Source: an uncultured Clostridium sp. (GTDB lineage: Bacteria > Bacillota > Clostridia > Lachnospirales > Lachnospiraceae). Taken from it: a stretch of DNA of 64,000 nt. The position numbers and the translations under genes were made by a program. Numbering within the stretch: position 1 is the stretch's first letter; each line of letters begins with the position of its first letter. Positions 9,479 through 20,696 of the stretch are shown here, one piece after another. The notes below the pieces were generated by a model that was not told the DNA's origin, did not search any database, and saw only the letters and a list, made by a program, of their open reading frames with translations. The DNA lies in assembly GCA_934438135.1 (NCBI GenBank), contig CAKSBP010000017.1:1647-65646 (forward strand), read 5' to 3'.

Positions 9479-10366
9479 ATGATAGATTTTAAAAAATTGA
9501 CACTAGAGGACAGAGACTGGGTAAATGCCTGTCTGGCGAAAGCAGATTACAGAGGATGTGAGTATTCTTTTGGAAATAATTTTATCTGGGAAGGTTCTCA
9601 TAATATTCGGACAGCAGAGGTAGAAGGGTTTTACTGTGCAATTAGTGGAAAAGGGGATAACATTATTTATACGTATCCTGCCGGTGCTGGAGATATCAAA
9701 AAAGTGCTGGAACTTTTAATAGAAGATGCAAAAGAGAGAGGGATTTCTTTTAAAATGCGTGGTTTAATACAGGAACAGACCAAGCAGCTGGAAGAAATCT
9801 TTCCTGGAATGTTTGAATGTGAACTGCGAAGAGATGAAAGTGATTATCTTTACACAGTAGAAAAGTTAAGCAAATTGTCAGGCAAAAAGCTTCATGGGAA
9901 GCGGAATCATATTGCAAGGTTTAAAGACTGCGAGGACTGGGAATTTGTAGAAATTACAGATGAAAATATACATGAATGTAAGGAAATGAATGAACGCTGG
10001 TGTGAAAAATATAACTGTGATGAAAAGGAAGGCTTAAAAGAGGAACTGTGTGCAGTTGAGAGAGCATTTGACTACTTTAATGAGCTTGGATTCTGTGGAG
10101 GTTTTATCCGCAGAAAAGGTGAAGTGGTAGCTTATTCCATCGGTGAACCGTTATCCAGCGATACTTTTGATGTGCATATTGAAAAAGCATTTCATGATAT
10201 TCAGGGTGCTTATCCAATGATAAATCAGCAGTTTGTCCAGCATTTCTGTCAGGATTTTAAATACGTAAACAGGGAAGAGGATACTGGAGATATGGGACTG
10301 CGCAAGGCGAAATTATCTTATTATCCGGATATTCTTCTGGACAAATATGAGGCTGTATTAAAATAA
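9479..10366 (+). CDS. DUF2156 (lysyl-PG synthase C-terminal-like, GNAT-fold) protein
   Basis: N-terminus ...LTLEDRDWVNACLAKADYRGCEYSFGNNFIW, and HGKRNHIARF, are typical of DUF2156 proteins. Confidence 0.6.
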   Translation: MIDFKKLTLEDRDWVNACLAKADYRGCEYSFGNNFIWEGSHNIRTAEVEGFYCAISGKGDNIIYTYPAGAGDIKKVLELLIEDAKERGISFKMRGLIQEQTKQLEEIFPGMFECELRRDESDYLYTVEKLSKLSGKKLHGKRNHIARFKDCEDWEFVEITDENIHECKEMNERWCEKYNCDEKEGLKEELCAVERAFDYFNELGFCGGFIRRKGEVVAYSIGEPLSSDTFDVHIEKAFHDIQGAYPMINQQFVQHFCQDFKYVNREEDTGDMGLRKAKLSYYPDILLDKYEAVLK

Positions 10367-10378
10367 CAGGAGAAGGTT

Positions 10379-11239
10379 ATGTTAGCTTATGCAGAGAAAG
10401 CAATGCTTCCTGACCTGGCTGCAATCTGGCAGGAAGCATTTGGTGATACAAACGAGTATATTGATTTTTTCTTTTCTCATAAATTAGTTGGCTCTCAAAA
10501 GTATGAGAACCAGATTATCTGGATGGAAGAAGAAAATCCAGTTTCTATGCTGACGATTTTAAAAGCAAAGATTTGGATGGATGATTTGGGAAAAGAACAG
10601 GATTTCTGGTATATTTATGCGGTAGCAACGAAAAAAGAGTGGCAGAATCGTGGAATTGCAGGAAAAATGCTGCAGGACGTATATCAGATGGCAAAGAAAG
10701 CAGGTGCAGTAACTGGTCTGGTTCCAGCATCTGAAAAACTTTTTAATTATTATGGGAAGCTTGGGTATGAGACGGTATTTTATATCCGAAGACTTTCCTG
10801 GAAGCTGGAAAATAAAAGGCAGCAGAAGAAATTATATAAAATTTCGGAAGTAGATTCGAAGACATATAAAAACATTCGTGATAAACAGTTTTCTGGCACA
10901 TATTATGTGAAATGGGATCAGGATGCTATATCCTATGCATTTTTAGAAAATACTCTTTTACATGGTGTACATTATGAAATTTCCTATCAGGGAAATGTAT
11001 ATCTTTTGTTTGGATGTAAAAATGATACCATGTTTTATATAAAAGAAACGACAGTTCCAGAAGAAATTTTAGAGGAGGTAGTTACAGAAATCGGGCTGGA
11101 ATATGGATGTACTCAGGTAGAAGTAAGGCTTCCCGTAAATGGTTATGATATCGGAAGCATTGTGCCATTTGGCATGATACGCACAGAAGGAAAAAATAAT
11201 TTTGATAAAAAAGGATATTTAGGTCTGGCTTTGGATTAA
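10379..11239 (+). CDS. GNAT-family N-acetyltransferase
   Basis: Acetyl-CoA binding motif ...YAVATKKEWQNRGIAGKML. It starts 12 nt after the previous gene. Confidence 0.6.
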   Translation: MLAYAEKAMLPDLAAIWQEAFGDTNEYIDFFFSHKLVGSQKYENQIIWMEEENPVSMLTILKAKIWMDDLGKEQDFWYIYAVATKKEWQNRGIAGKMLQDVYQMAKKAGAVTGLVPASEKLFNYYGKLGYETVFYIRRLSWKLENKRQQKKLYKISEVDSKTYKNIRDKQFSGTYYVKWDQDAISYAFLENTLLHGVHYEISYQGNVYLLFGCKNDTMFYIKETTVPEEILEEVVTEIGLEYGCTQVEVRLPVNGYDIGSIVPFGMIRTEGKNNFDKKGYLGLALD

Positions 11240-11291
11240 AGTCAGGCTTATTTTATATGAGGGAGTAGACGGACAGTTCTAATGAAGAAAA

Positions 11292-11341
11292 TGATAATTA
11301 TTCTCAATAATTATTGACAGAGAATAGAGAAAGATTTAATA
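11292..11341 (+). promoter_or_regulatory. Fur-box-like operator overlapping the feoAB promoter
   Basis: TGATAATtATTCTCA (11292-11306) is one mismatch from the 7-1-7 Fur consensus TGATAATnATTATCA. The adjacent perfect palindrome TCAATAATTATTGA (11304-11317) overlaps TTGACA (11313-11318), which is followed by a 17-nt spacer and TAATAT (11336-11341). Confidence 0.6.
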
Positions 11342-11378
11342 TAACTATATAAAACCAACCAAGAAAAGGAGGAACAAT

Positions 11379-13736
11379 ATGACACTGGCGGAATTAAAAA
11401 CAGGCATGAGTGCAACCATTACCAAGGTTGGTGGAGAAGGGGAATTAAGAAGACATTTCCTTGATATGGGTATCATTCCTGGAACAGAAGTTACACTGGT
11501 GAAAGTGGCACCTATGGGTGATCCGATGGAACTTAGAATTCGTGGATATGAGTTAACTCTTCGGTTTGCAGATGCTGAGAAGATAGATGTGGTAAATATA
11601 CATAATGCTGAAATGGAAGAAAGTAAGAATGAAGAACGCCGGAGAGCAGCACATCCGGGATTAGGAGAGATGGGGATTTATCATGTAAGACGGCGTGGAG
11701 ATAAGCTTAGAGATGGAGAAACCATTACCTTTGGATTGGCAGGAAATCAGAATTGTGGAAAAACAACTTTATTTAATCAGCTGACAGGTTCTAATCAGCA
11801 CGTAGGAAATTTCCCAGGTGTTACAGTAGACAGGAAGGATGGACAAATTCGGAATTATGCAGATTCTCTTGTGACAGATCTTCCTGGAATTTATTCTATG
11901 TCACCTTATACCAGTGAAGAAATTGTAACCAGGGAATTTCTTTTGGATAACAGACCAAGAGGAATTATTAATATTGTAGATGCAACCAATATTGAGAGAA
12001 ATCTTTATTTGACGATGCAGTTGATAGAATTGGATATTCCAATGGTACTTGCACTGAATATGATGGATGAGGTCAGGATAAATGGTGGCACAATTCGTAT
12101 TAATGAACTGGAATCTGCTTTGGGAATTCCAGTTATTCCGATTTCAGCAGCAAAAAATGAAGGAATTGATGAATTAATTGAACATGCGATGCATGTAGCC
12201 AGATATAGGGAACGTCCAGGAAGAACGGATTTCTGTAATGCAGATGCAGAGGATGGTGGTGCAGTACATAGATGTCTTCACTCGATTATGCATTTAATTG
12301 AAAATCATGCACATGAATATAAAATTCCAGTTCGTTTTGCAGCAAGCAAATTAGTAGAAGGTGACAGTATTTTATTAGAACGTCTGCATCTGGATCAGAA
12401 TGAAAAAGATACACTGGAACATATTATCCAGCAGATGGAAGCAGAAAGTGGAATTGATCGGGAAGCAGCACTGGCAAATATGCGTTTTTCTTTTATTGAA
12501 AGAGTCTGTCAAGCTACAGTTGTAAAGCCGAAAGAAAGCAAAGAACACATAAGGAGTCAGAAAATTGATAAAATTCTGACAGGAAAACATACAGCTCTTC
12601 CAATGTTTGGTTTGATTATGGGACTTGTATTCTGGCTTACATTTGGAGTAATCGGGGCAGTACTTCAAAATGTATTGGAGTTTGGAATTGATGCATTTAC
12701 AAATATTTGTGATAAAGCACTTACAGCCTATGGAATTAATCCAGTAATACATTCCCTTGTGATTGATGGAATTTTTGCAGGAGTAGGAAGTGTTCTGAGT
12801 TTTCTTCCTATTATCGTAACTTTATTCTTTTTCTTATCGATTTTAGAGGATAGTGGATATATGGCAAGGGTTGCATTTGTTATGGATAAGCTGCTAAGGA
12901 AAATAGGATTGTCCGGACGTAGTTTTGTGCCAATGCTGATTGGATTTGGGTGTTCGGTTCCTGCCATTATGTCAAGTAGAACACTGCCTTCAGAGCGGGA
13001 TCGAAAGATGACGATATTCCTGACGCCATTTATGAGCTGTTCTGCAAAATTGCCTATTTATGCATTGTTTACAGCAGCATTTTTCCCGAAATACGGAGTT
13101 CTGGTTATGATTGGATTATATGCTATTGGAATTCTGGTAGGGATTATTTATGGATTTATTTTAAAGGCAACTGCATTTCAGGGAGAACCGGTTCCTTTTG
13201 TTATGGAACTTCCAAATTACAGACTGCCAAGTGGAAAAAGTGTATGGCAGCTTATGTGGGAAAAAGCAAAAGATTTTATTACGAAAGCATTTACGGTTAT
13301 TTTTACGGCATCTATTATTATCTGGTTTCTTCAGACCTTTGATATCAGATTAAATGTAGTGGCAGATTCTCAGAAGAGTCTTCTGGCATTACTAGGAGGA
13401 TGGATTGCACCGTTATTTAAGCCACTTGGCTTTAGTGACTGGAGAATTTCTACGGCATTGATTACCGGATTTACTGCAAAAGAAAGTGTAGTCAGTACAT
13501 TAACGGTACTGCTTGGCGGAAAAGCAACATCTTTACAGACTATTTTTGCACCGTTTTCTGCTTTTGTATTTCTTGTATTTACTCTGTTATATACTCCTTG
13601 TGTAGCAGCCATTACAGCTGTAAAGCGGGAATTAGGAGGAAAATGGGCTGTACTGGTAGTTGTTCTTCAATGTCTGGTTGCTTGGATAGCAGCATTTCTG
13701 ATACGTATACTTGGAATGGCAGCAGGTCTTTTATAA
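11379..13736 (+). CDS. feoB: Ferrous iron transporter, FeoA-FeoB fusion
   Basis: The N-terminal ~75 aa form a FeoA SH3-like domain (LAELKTGMSATI...GIIPGTEVTL...). A G-domain (GNQNCGKTTLFNQLTG) and the polytopic FeoB membrane domain follow. Confidence 0.9.
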   Translation: MTLAELKTGMSATITKVGGEGELRRHFLDMGIIPGTEVTLVKVAPMGDPMELRIRGYELTLRFADAEKIDVVNIHNAEMEESKNEERRRAAHPGLGEMGIYHVRRRGDKLRDGETITFGLAGNQNCGKTTLFNQLTGSNQHVGNFPGVTVDRKDGQIRNYADSLVTDLPGIYSMSPYTSEEIVTREFLLDNRPRGIINIVDATNIERNLYLTMQLIELDIPMVLALNMMDEVRINGGTIRINELESALGIPVIPISAAKNEGIDELIEHAMHVARYRERPGRTDFCNADAEDGGAVHRCLHSIMHLIENHAHEYKIPVRFAASKLVEGDSILLERLHLDQNEKDTLEHIIQQMEAESGIDREAALANMRFSFIERVCQATVVKPKESKEHIRSQKIDKILTGKHTALPMFGLIMGLVFWLTFGVIGAVLQNVLEFGIDAFTNICDKALTAYGINPVIHSLVIDGIFAGVGSVLSFLPIIVTLFFFLSILEDSGYMARVAFVMDKLLRKIGLSGRSFVPMLIGFGCSVPAIMSSRTLPSERDRKMTIFLTPFMSCSAKLPIYALFTAAFFPKYGVLVMIGLYAIGILVGIIYGFILKATAFQGEPVPFVMELPNYRLPSGKSVWQLMWEKAKDFITKAFTVIFTASIIIWFLQTFDIRLNVVADSQKSLLALLGGWIAPLFKPLGFSDWRISTALITGFTAKESVVSTLTVLLGGKATSLQTIFAPFSAFVFLVFTLLYTPCVAAITAVKRELGGKWAVLVVVLQCLVAWIAAFLIRILGMAAGLL

Positions 13737-13748
13737 AGGGGGATTACG

Positions 13749-13895
13749 ATGAATCTTCAAAGTATTGTACTTTTGGCTGTGATTGTATGTTGTTTTATAG
13801 TAGCAGTCTACCATACATTGAGGCATGGAAGTGGATGCGGATGCAGTGGAAGCTGTAATGGAGACTGTGCACACTGCATGAGAAAAGGAAAATGA
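13749..13895 (+). CDS. FeoB-associated Cys-rich membrane protein (not in the ORF track)
   Basis: 48 aa: MNLQSIVLLAVIVCCFIVAVYHTLRHGSGCGCSGSCNGDCAHCMRKGK. It has one TM helix plus a Cys-rich tail and starts 12 nt after the feoB stop, behind aaggggg. Confidence 0.75.
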   Translation: MNLQSIVLLAVIVCCFIVAVYHTLRHGSGCGCSGSCNGDCAHCMRKGK

Positions 13896-14463
13896 TAATT
13901 CAGTTAAATAGGATGAAAATAAACATCAGAAATTTTATTTTATGACATGAAAGTATACTAATTCTGCCATGTCTGTGCAGGAAAAGTTTTTTTGAGGTAC
14001 AATACAGACAGTCAAAGATAAGGAGATCCAAAGTGTTTAATGGGAGGAATTCTAGAATGTCTTTGAGATTGGGAGGGATGTAAGGGTACAAAGAAGTGGT
14101 CGGAATAATATCTGTAATGGTATATTATGAACGGAAAGTAATATACATAATAATCATGGAGGATGACTGTTCTGAATTTCAATTATCGGGAGTTGAATAG
14201 GGGAAAGGAACAGGAAACCAGAAGGTTATAGGGAGCCGGCTGGTAATCAAATCCAAGATGGTTGTCAATGCAATGAATTTGAAAAAGCTTTCTAACGGTT
14301 TTTTCTATTGAGGGGAATATATTTTATATATATTGAATTAAGCTGTCAGTGCCGATTTAATTAGGGATAATGAGGTAGTGGCAGCTTAATTTTTTTGTAT
14401 TATTTCGTATTTACCTATTGGCTTCGATAAAAAGAAGACAGTACGTTAAATGACTGGTTAAAG

Positions 14464-14506
14464 AAAATAAAAACTGACAGGAGAAGTAATACATTTCTTC
14501 TGCCAG
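14464..14506 (-). terminator. Probable terminator of cysK
   Basis: Imperfect hairpin (ctgacaggagaag / cttctgccag) followed on the minus strand by uuuuauuuu, directly downstream of the cysK stop. Confidence 0.45.
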
Positions 14507-14523
14507 TTAAAAAAAGACAGTAT

Positions 14524-15426
14524 TTAAAGAAGTCCTGTGCTGAAATAACGTTCCATACGATCAGGAAGTACAGTTGCTATGATTTTATCTTTACCATATT
14601 TTTCAGTTATGTATTTGCATGCCCATATGTTGGCACCAGAAGAGGTTCCGCAGAGCAGTCCTTGTATTCTTGCCAGAGAGCGTGTCGTTTCAATGGCATC
14701 TTCGTCAGTTACTTCCACAATATCGTCAATGAGGCTGGTGTCTAATACGTCTGGAATAAATCCATCTCCAATTCCTTGAATACTATGGAGACCAGGTTCA
14801 TCACCAAGAAGTGCGGATACATTCTTTGGCTCTACCGCAACAACTTTCAAGTGCGGATTTTTTTCTTTTAAAAATTTTCCGATTCCTTGAAGGGTTCCGC
14901 CGCTTCCAAGTCCGGATACGAAAATATCCACTTTTCCATCCAATTGTTTATAAAGTTCAGGAGCAGTTGTCAGATAATGAATGTCTGGGTTATCCTGATT
15001 TTTAAACTGTTGTGGCATATAATACTGATCCGAGCTGTTCAAAAGCCGTTCGGCTTCTTCAACAGAACCACCAATGCTCTTTTGGGCAGGAGTTAAGATA
15101 AGTTCTGCTCCAAGTGCGTGAATAATTTTTTTCCGTTCTTCACTCATATTTTCAGGCATAATAATAATAACTTTATATCCCATTCTGACACCTGCCAGTG
15201 CAATACCAATGCCTGTATTTCCGGAAGTTGGCTCAATAATAGTCATTCCAGGTTTCAAAAGACCGCGTTTTTCAGCCATCATAATCATATTCTTGGCAAC
15301 CCGGTCCTTAATGCTTCCTCCAGGGTTCAAAAATTCTGCTTTTGCAAAAATATTAAGTCCAGTAGAGGATTTTAAACTGAGAAGGGGGGTATTGCCAATC
15401 AGATCTAAAATATTTTCTGTATACAT
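14524..15426 (-). CDS. cysK: Cysteine synthase A (O-acetylserine sulfhydrylase)
   Basis: PLP-lysine region NPGGSIKDR, the SGNTG loop and GSGGT. Confidence 0.9.
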   Translation of the reverse strand: MYTENILDLIGNTPLLSLKSSTGLNIFAKAEFLNPGGSIKDRVAKNMIMMAEKRGLLKPGMTIIEPTSGNTGIGIALAGVRMGYKVIIIMPENMSEERKKIIHALGAELILTPAQKSIGGSVEEAERLLNSSDQYYMPQQFKNQDNPDIHYLTTAPELYKQLDGKVDIFVSGLGSGGTLQGIGKFLKEKNPHLKVVAVEPKNVSALLGDEPGLHSIQGIGDGFIPDVLDTSLIDDIVEVTDEDAIETTRSLARIQGLLCGTSSGANIWACKYITEKYGKDKIIATVLPDRMERYFSTGLL

Positions 15427-15554
15427 TTGGTTACTCCTTTTCTTTTCCTAATATATTATATCGTAGCACAATTTATATCAGATTACCAGATATCATGAGA
15501 AGTTCGTGAAAATAGCAAGGCAGCTTAAATTAGATAAAAAAGGGTATAAAAAAA

Positions 15555-15628
15555 GTCGGGGTGACAGGATTCGAACCTGCGATCTCAACGTCCCGAACGT
15601 TGCGCGATACCAAACTTCGCTACACTCC
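15555..15628 (-). tRNA. tRNA-Pro (anticodon CGG)
   Basis: The reverse complement folds as a cloverleaf. Acceptor CGGAGTG/CACCCCG has an A4-C69 mismatch. The D stem is GCGA/TCGC, the anticodon stem CAACG/CGTTG with loop TTCGGGA, and the T arm GCAGG-TTCGAAT-CCTGT. CCA is not encoded. Confidence 0.85.
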
Positions 15629-15637
15629 GATAAACCA

Positions 15638-15666
15638 AATTATACCTATTTGCCTATGCAATGTCA
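15638..15666 (-). promoter_or_regulatory. Consensus sigma-A promoter for tRNA-Pro
   Basis: The minus strand reads TTGACA, a 17-nt spacer, then TATAAT. The -10 hexamer ends 9 nt before the tRNA 5' end. Confidence 0.7.
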
Positions 15667-15793
15667 ATAGCAGAAAAATTGAAATTTAAAGATTTTTCTG
15701 CTGAATTCCCTGCAGGGAATTGTGATTTCCAGCAAAAAGTAGTATAGTATTATGGATTCATAGTATTTAACAAGGAAAATGGAAAGGGTAGAT

Positions 15794-17638
15794 ATGGATA
15801 AGAAAAAAGAAACTTCTTCCCCGAAAAATACATTATATAAAAAGACGTTTAAACTGCTGATTATCGGTAAGAAACATTTTTTTTTGTATCAGTTGTTTTT
15901 TGCCTTAATTGCATTTCTCGTTTTGACACCTGTCTGGCAGGTAGTTACGAAAATGGCAAAGAAGTCAGCTGGTTATAGTTATATTACGCAGGAGAATCTG
16001 TTGGATTTTATGACCAGACCTGTCACATTACTGGCGATTGTGATACTGTTTCTGATAGCAGGATTACTTATACTGGTTGAAATTTCCTTGGTATTTTCCT
16101 TTTTGATGGTTGGTAAGAATTTAGAGAGTAAATCAAGCATACTTATTTTCTTCGGAAGTATAAAAAAAGCGTTTCGCTGCTTTTTAAAGAAAAACTTTGC
16201 AGCAGTGTTTCTTTCTTATGGAATGGCACTTTTATCTGGAGCAGGAGTTATTTATGTAACCTGTACGAGGGGCAGAATTCCGAAATATATGATAAAAACC
16301 TTTCATGCACCTGTGACAGGCAGGATTATATTGTGTGCTGGAATTCTTCTTATATTGTATGCATTTTTTAGAAATATCTTTACATTACCGTATTTTCTGC
16401 TGGAAAACAGGGATATAAAAGAAGGAAGAAAAAATACAGAACAGCTGTTAAAGGGACATATGGTCTGTACGGTATTTCAGGTACTTTTATGGAATGTAGG
16501 TATTTGGTGTGTGTCAGCTTTGCTTTATTTTCTTATTATTGTGACGGAAGCATTGTTTGTTATTCTGTTTGTGGATCATGCAACGTCTGTGGCAGTATTT
16601 CTCACTTTATATGAACATATTAATGTATATGCAGGTCTTGGGCTGACATGGTTTTCTCTCTATTGTAACCTTGGACTGATTACCGAATTATTTCTTCGAT
16701 ATAAAAAAATTAATGATGAGGAATTTTATAGTGAGAGTATAAAAGTAACATCGAGGGTTTTGACAGATAAAAGAAAGCGGGCGATTGCGTTTGGCATGGC
16801 AGTTATTTTGTTTCTGCTGGATGGTATGTATACTTACGGTACAGTAAAACGGGGAAACCATTCTTTAATTTCTGGAATGAGTCAGATTGTGATTACAGCA
16901 CATAGAGGATCTTCCAGTGATGCTCCGGAGAATACGCTTCCTGCCATTGAAGCTGCAATTAGAAATACAGCAGATGTTGCAGAAATTGATGTACAGGAGA
17001 CGAAAGACGGAGAAGTGGTGGTTCTCCATGATTCCAGTTTAAAGCGGACCGGAGGATGCAATAAATTTATCTGGGATGTTACTTTTGATGAAGTGAGACA
17101 GTTGGATATGGGAAGCTGGTTTTCTTCGGATTTTGCAGGAACACAGATTCCGACTTTGGAGGAAGTACTTCAAGTATCCCAGGGAAAAATCAAATTAAAT
17201 ATTGAACTGAAAACAAGCAGCCATTTCAATGATCTGGAAGATAAAGTGGTGGCATTAATCGAAAAGTATGGTTTTACTAATCAATGTGTGGTGCAGTCTA
17301 CAGATTATAATGCACTTTCCAGAGTAAAAAAACTTAACGAGGACATTACAACCGGCTATATCCTGATGGCAGCATATGGTGATTTTCAGGATAAAGGCAA
17401 CATTGACTTTTTCAGTATCCGTTCTTCTTTTGTAAACAAAAAGATGGTGGAGTCCGCTCATAAAAATGGTAAAGAAGTATATGCATGGACCGTAAATACG
17501 AAAAATGAAATCCGTCGTATGAAAGTGCTAAAAGTAGATAATATTATCACAGATCGTCCGATTCTGGCAAGAGAACTTGTTTATAAAGAAAATTTTGACT
17601 CCACTTTTTCCAGTCTGTTTAGATTGTTAAAACAGTAA
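15794..17638 (+). CDS. Membrane-anchored glycerophosphodiester phosphodiesterase (GDPD)
   Basis: Multi-TM N-terminal domain followed by a GDPD catalytic domain (ITAHRGSSSDAPENTLPA, EIDVQETKDGEVVVLHD). The ATG at 15794 has a better RBS (ggaaaggg) than the one at 15779. Confidence 0.8.
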   Translation: MDKKKETSSPKNTLYKKTFKLLIIGKKHFFLYQLFFALIAFLVLTPVWQVVTKMAKKSAGYSYITQENLLDFMTRPVTLLAIVILFLIAGLLILVEISLVFSFLMVGKNLESKSSILIFFGSIKKAFRCFLKKNFAAVFLSYGMALLSGAGVIYVTCTRGRIPKYMIKTFHAPVTGRIILCAGILLILYAFFRNIFTLPYFLLENRDIKEGRKNTEQLLKGHMVCTVFQVLLWNVGIWCVSALLYFLIIVTEALFVILFVDHATSVAVFLTLYEHINVYAGLGLTWFSLYCNLGLITELFLRYKKINDEEFYSESIKVTSRVLTDKRKRAIAFGMAVILFLLDGMYTYGTVKRGNHSLISGMSQIVITAHRGSSSDAPENTLPAIEAAIRNTADVAEIDVQETKDGEVVVLHDSSLKRTGGCNKFIWDVTFDEVRQLDMGSWFSSDFAGTQIPTLEEVLQVSQGKIKLNIELKTSSHFNDLEDKVVALIEKYGFTNQCVVQSTDYNALSRVKKLNEDITTGYILMAAYGDFQDKGNIDFFSIRSSFVNKKMVESAHKNGKEVYAWTVNTKNEIRRMKVLKVDNIITDRPILARELVYKENFDSTFSSLFRLLKQ

Positions 17639-17755
17639 CAGATTGAAGAGAACTTAATTTTTTTTTGTATTTTCTTCGAAAGTAAATTAAGATAGGCTTG
17701 TAAACTTTGAATAATTAAAAATTTATGAAAAAACTGAAGAAAACAAAAAATACAA

Positions 17756-17784
17756 TTGAAAAAAATGGTATTTGTGTCTATAAT
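17756..17784 (+). promoter_or_regulatory. Candidate gdhA promoter
   Basis: TTGAAA, a 17-nt spacer, then TATAAT, about 100 nt upstream of gdhA. Confidence 0.5.
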
Positions 17785-17864
17785 AAACATGCAAAGATAA
17801 AGGCGTTAGGGTTTGGATGAAAAATTCCAAAGAAGCCTAAGTTATATTTAGATTAATAAAATAG

Positions 17865-19217
<1,353 letters not shown>

Positions 19218-19277
19218 TTCCAGAAGATAAGTTCTTAATTCCATATATAATCTGTTAGAGTGTTCTGGCAGAAAAGA

Positions 19278-19315
19278 AAACCTCCGTAGAATAATAATCT
19301 ATGGAGGTTTTTTAT
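19278..19315 (+). terminator. gdhA intrinsic terminator
   Basis: aaacctccgtag pairs with ctatggaggttt (12 bp, one G-U) and is followed by a T run. Confidence 0.8.
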
Positions 19316-19505
19316 AGTAAGAATGCTTATAATAGTTATAACTAAAATAGCTATATGAAATTAAGCATTAAAAAGTTGCAAATCAGGGTATTGTTGAAGT
19401 AAATCATTCGCAGATTTTTTTATGGAAGACTTTTCTTTCCACATATACTTTGTTATAATGGAAACTATAGTAAACATGCTTTAACAGGCAGTGAAGGAGG
19501 ATACT

Positions 19506-20681
19506 TTGAAGAAGAAATTAATCCTTGAGTTTAAGAAGATTTTCGGAGCCGAAGGAAACATTCATTTATTTTTTGCACCGGGAAGAGTGAATTTGATTGG
19601 GGAACATACCGATTATAATGGCGGGCATGTATTCCCTTGTGCATTAACAATTGGAACTTATTTGGTAATCCGGGAAAGAGCAGATAAAAAAATTTGTCTG
19701 TATTCAATGAATTTTCCGGAATGTCCGATAGAAGAGTATAATCTGCAAGCAATTCCAGACGAGAAGAAAGACAGCTGGACCAGTTATCCAGTAGGAATTT
19801 TCTGGTCACTTCAGAAAAAAGGATATCAGATAGAAAGCGGATTTGACATGCTGTATTATGGAGACATACCAAATGGTTCCGGCCTGTCATCTTCAGCATC
19901 TATTGAAGTTGTTACTGCTTTTGCGGTAAGCACATTATGCGGACTTGGAATTGCTAATGAGGAAATTGCCAAACTGAGTCAGTTCTCAGAGAATGAGTAT
20001 AACAAGGTAAACTGTGGTATTATGGATCAGTTTGCAGTTGCTATGGGAAAAACAGACTGCACGATTTTCCTGGATACTAAAACCATGGAATATCGTTATG
20101 CACCAATTCATCTGGAGAATGAAAAGATTGTCATTATGAATACCAAGAAAAAACGAAAGCTTGGGGAATCCAAATACAATGAACGCAGAAGCCAGTGTCA
20201 GAAAGCATTGGAGCTGTTAAAAAAGGAAATCGATATTCATGAACTGGGCGATTTGACAGAAGAAGAATTTGAATTACATAAGAGTTGTATTCAGGATCCA
20301 GTTCTTATGAAGAGAGCAAAACATGCTGTATATGAAAATCAGAGGACAGTTAAGGCCGTAGATGCCTTGGAAAAAGGTGAACTAAAGCTGTTTGGAAAGC
20401 TTATGTGTGAATCACATGATTCTCTTCGGGATGATTATGAAGTTACTGGTATTGAGCTGGATACATTAGTAGAAGAAGCTTTAAAATGTGAGGGAGTTCT
20501 GGGAGCCCGGATGACGGGAGCTGGATTTGGTGGATGTGCAGTCAGCATTGTGAAAAGCGATTCCGTAGATGATGTCATTCGTAAAGTTGGAAAAGCCTAT
20601 AAAGAAAAAATCGGTTATGATGCAGAATTTTATGTAGTTTCCGTTGGTGATGGTCCAAAGGAATTCATATATCAGGAATAG
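19506..20681 (+). CDS. galK: Galactokinase
   Basis: GRVNLIGEHTDYNGG signature and the GHMP motif PNGSGLSSSAS. The likely TTG start at 19506 is 5 nt after GAAGGAGG; the GTG at 19491 overlaps that RBS. Confidence 0.9.
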   Translation: MKKKLILEFKKIFGAEGNIHLFFAPGRVNLIGEHTDYNGGHVFPCALTIGTYLVIRERADKKICLYSMNFPECPIEEYNLQAIPDEKKDSWTSYPVGIFWSLQKKGYQIESGFDMLYYGDIPNGSGLSSSASIEVVTAFAVSTLCGLGIANEEIAKLSQFSENEYNKVNCGIMDQFAVAMGKTDCTIFLDTKTMEYRYAPIHLENEKIVIMNTKKKRKLGESKYNERRSQCQKALELLKKEIDIHELGDLTEEEFELHKSCIQDPVLMKRAKHAVYENQRTVKAVDALEKGELKLFGKLMCESHDSLRDDYEVTGIELDTLVEEALKCEGVLGARMTGAGFGGCAVSIVKSDSVDDVIRKVGKAYKEKIGYDAEFYVVSVGDGPKEFIYQE

Positions 20682-20696
20682 GAAAGGATGAAGAAA

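Noticed and set aside
13598-13858. 86-aa plus-strand ORF overlapping the feoB end
   Set aside because: It is out of frame with feoB for most of its length and has no RBS. The real small gene here is the 48-codon Cys-rich ORF in another frame (13749-13895).
17725-17820. 31-codon ORF (MKKLKKTKNTIEKNGICVYNKHAKIKALGFG) upstream of gdhA
   Set aside because: It has no Shine-Dalgarno and overlaps the best gdhA promoter candidate (17756-17784). No maturase or partner gene is nearby. It is most likely a chance ORF in A-rich DNA.
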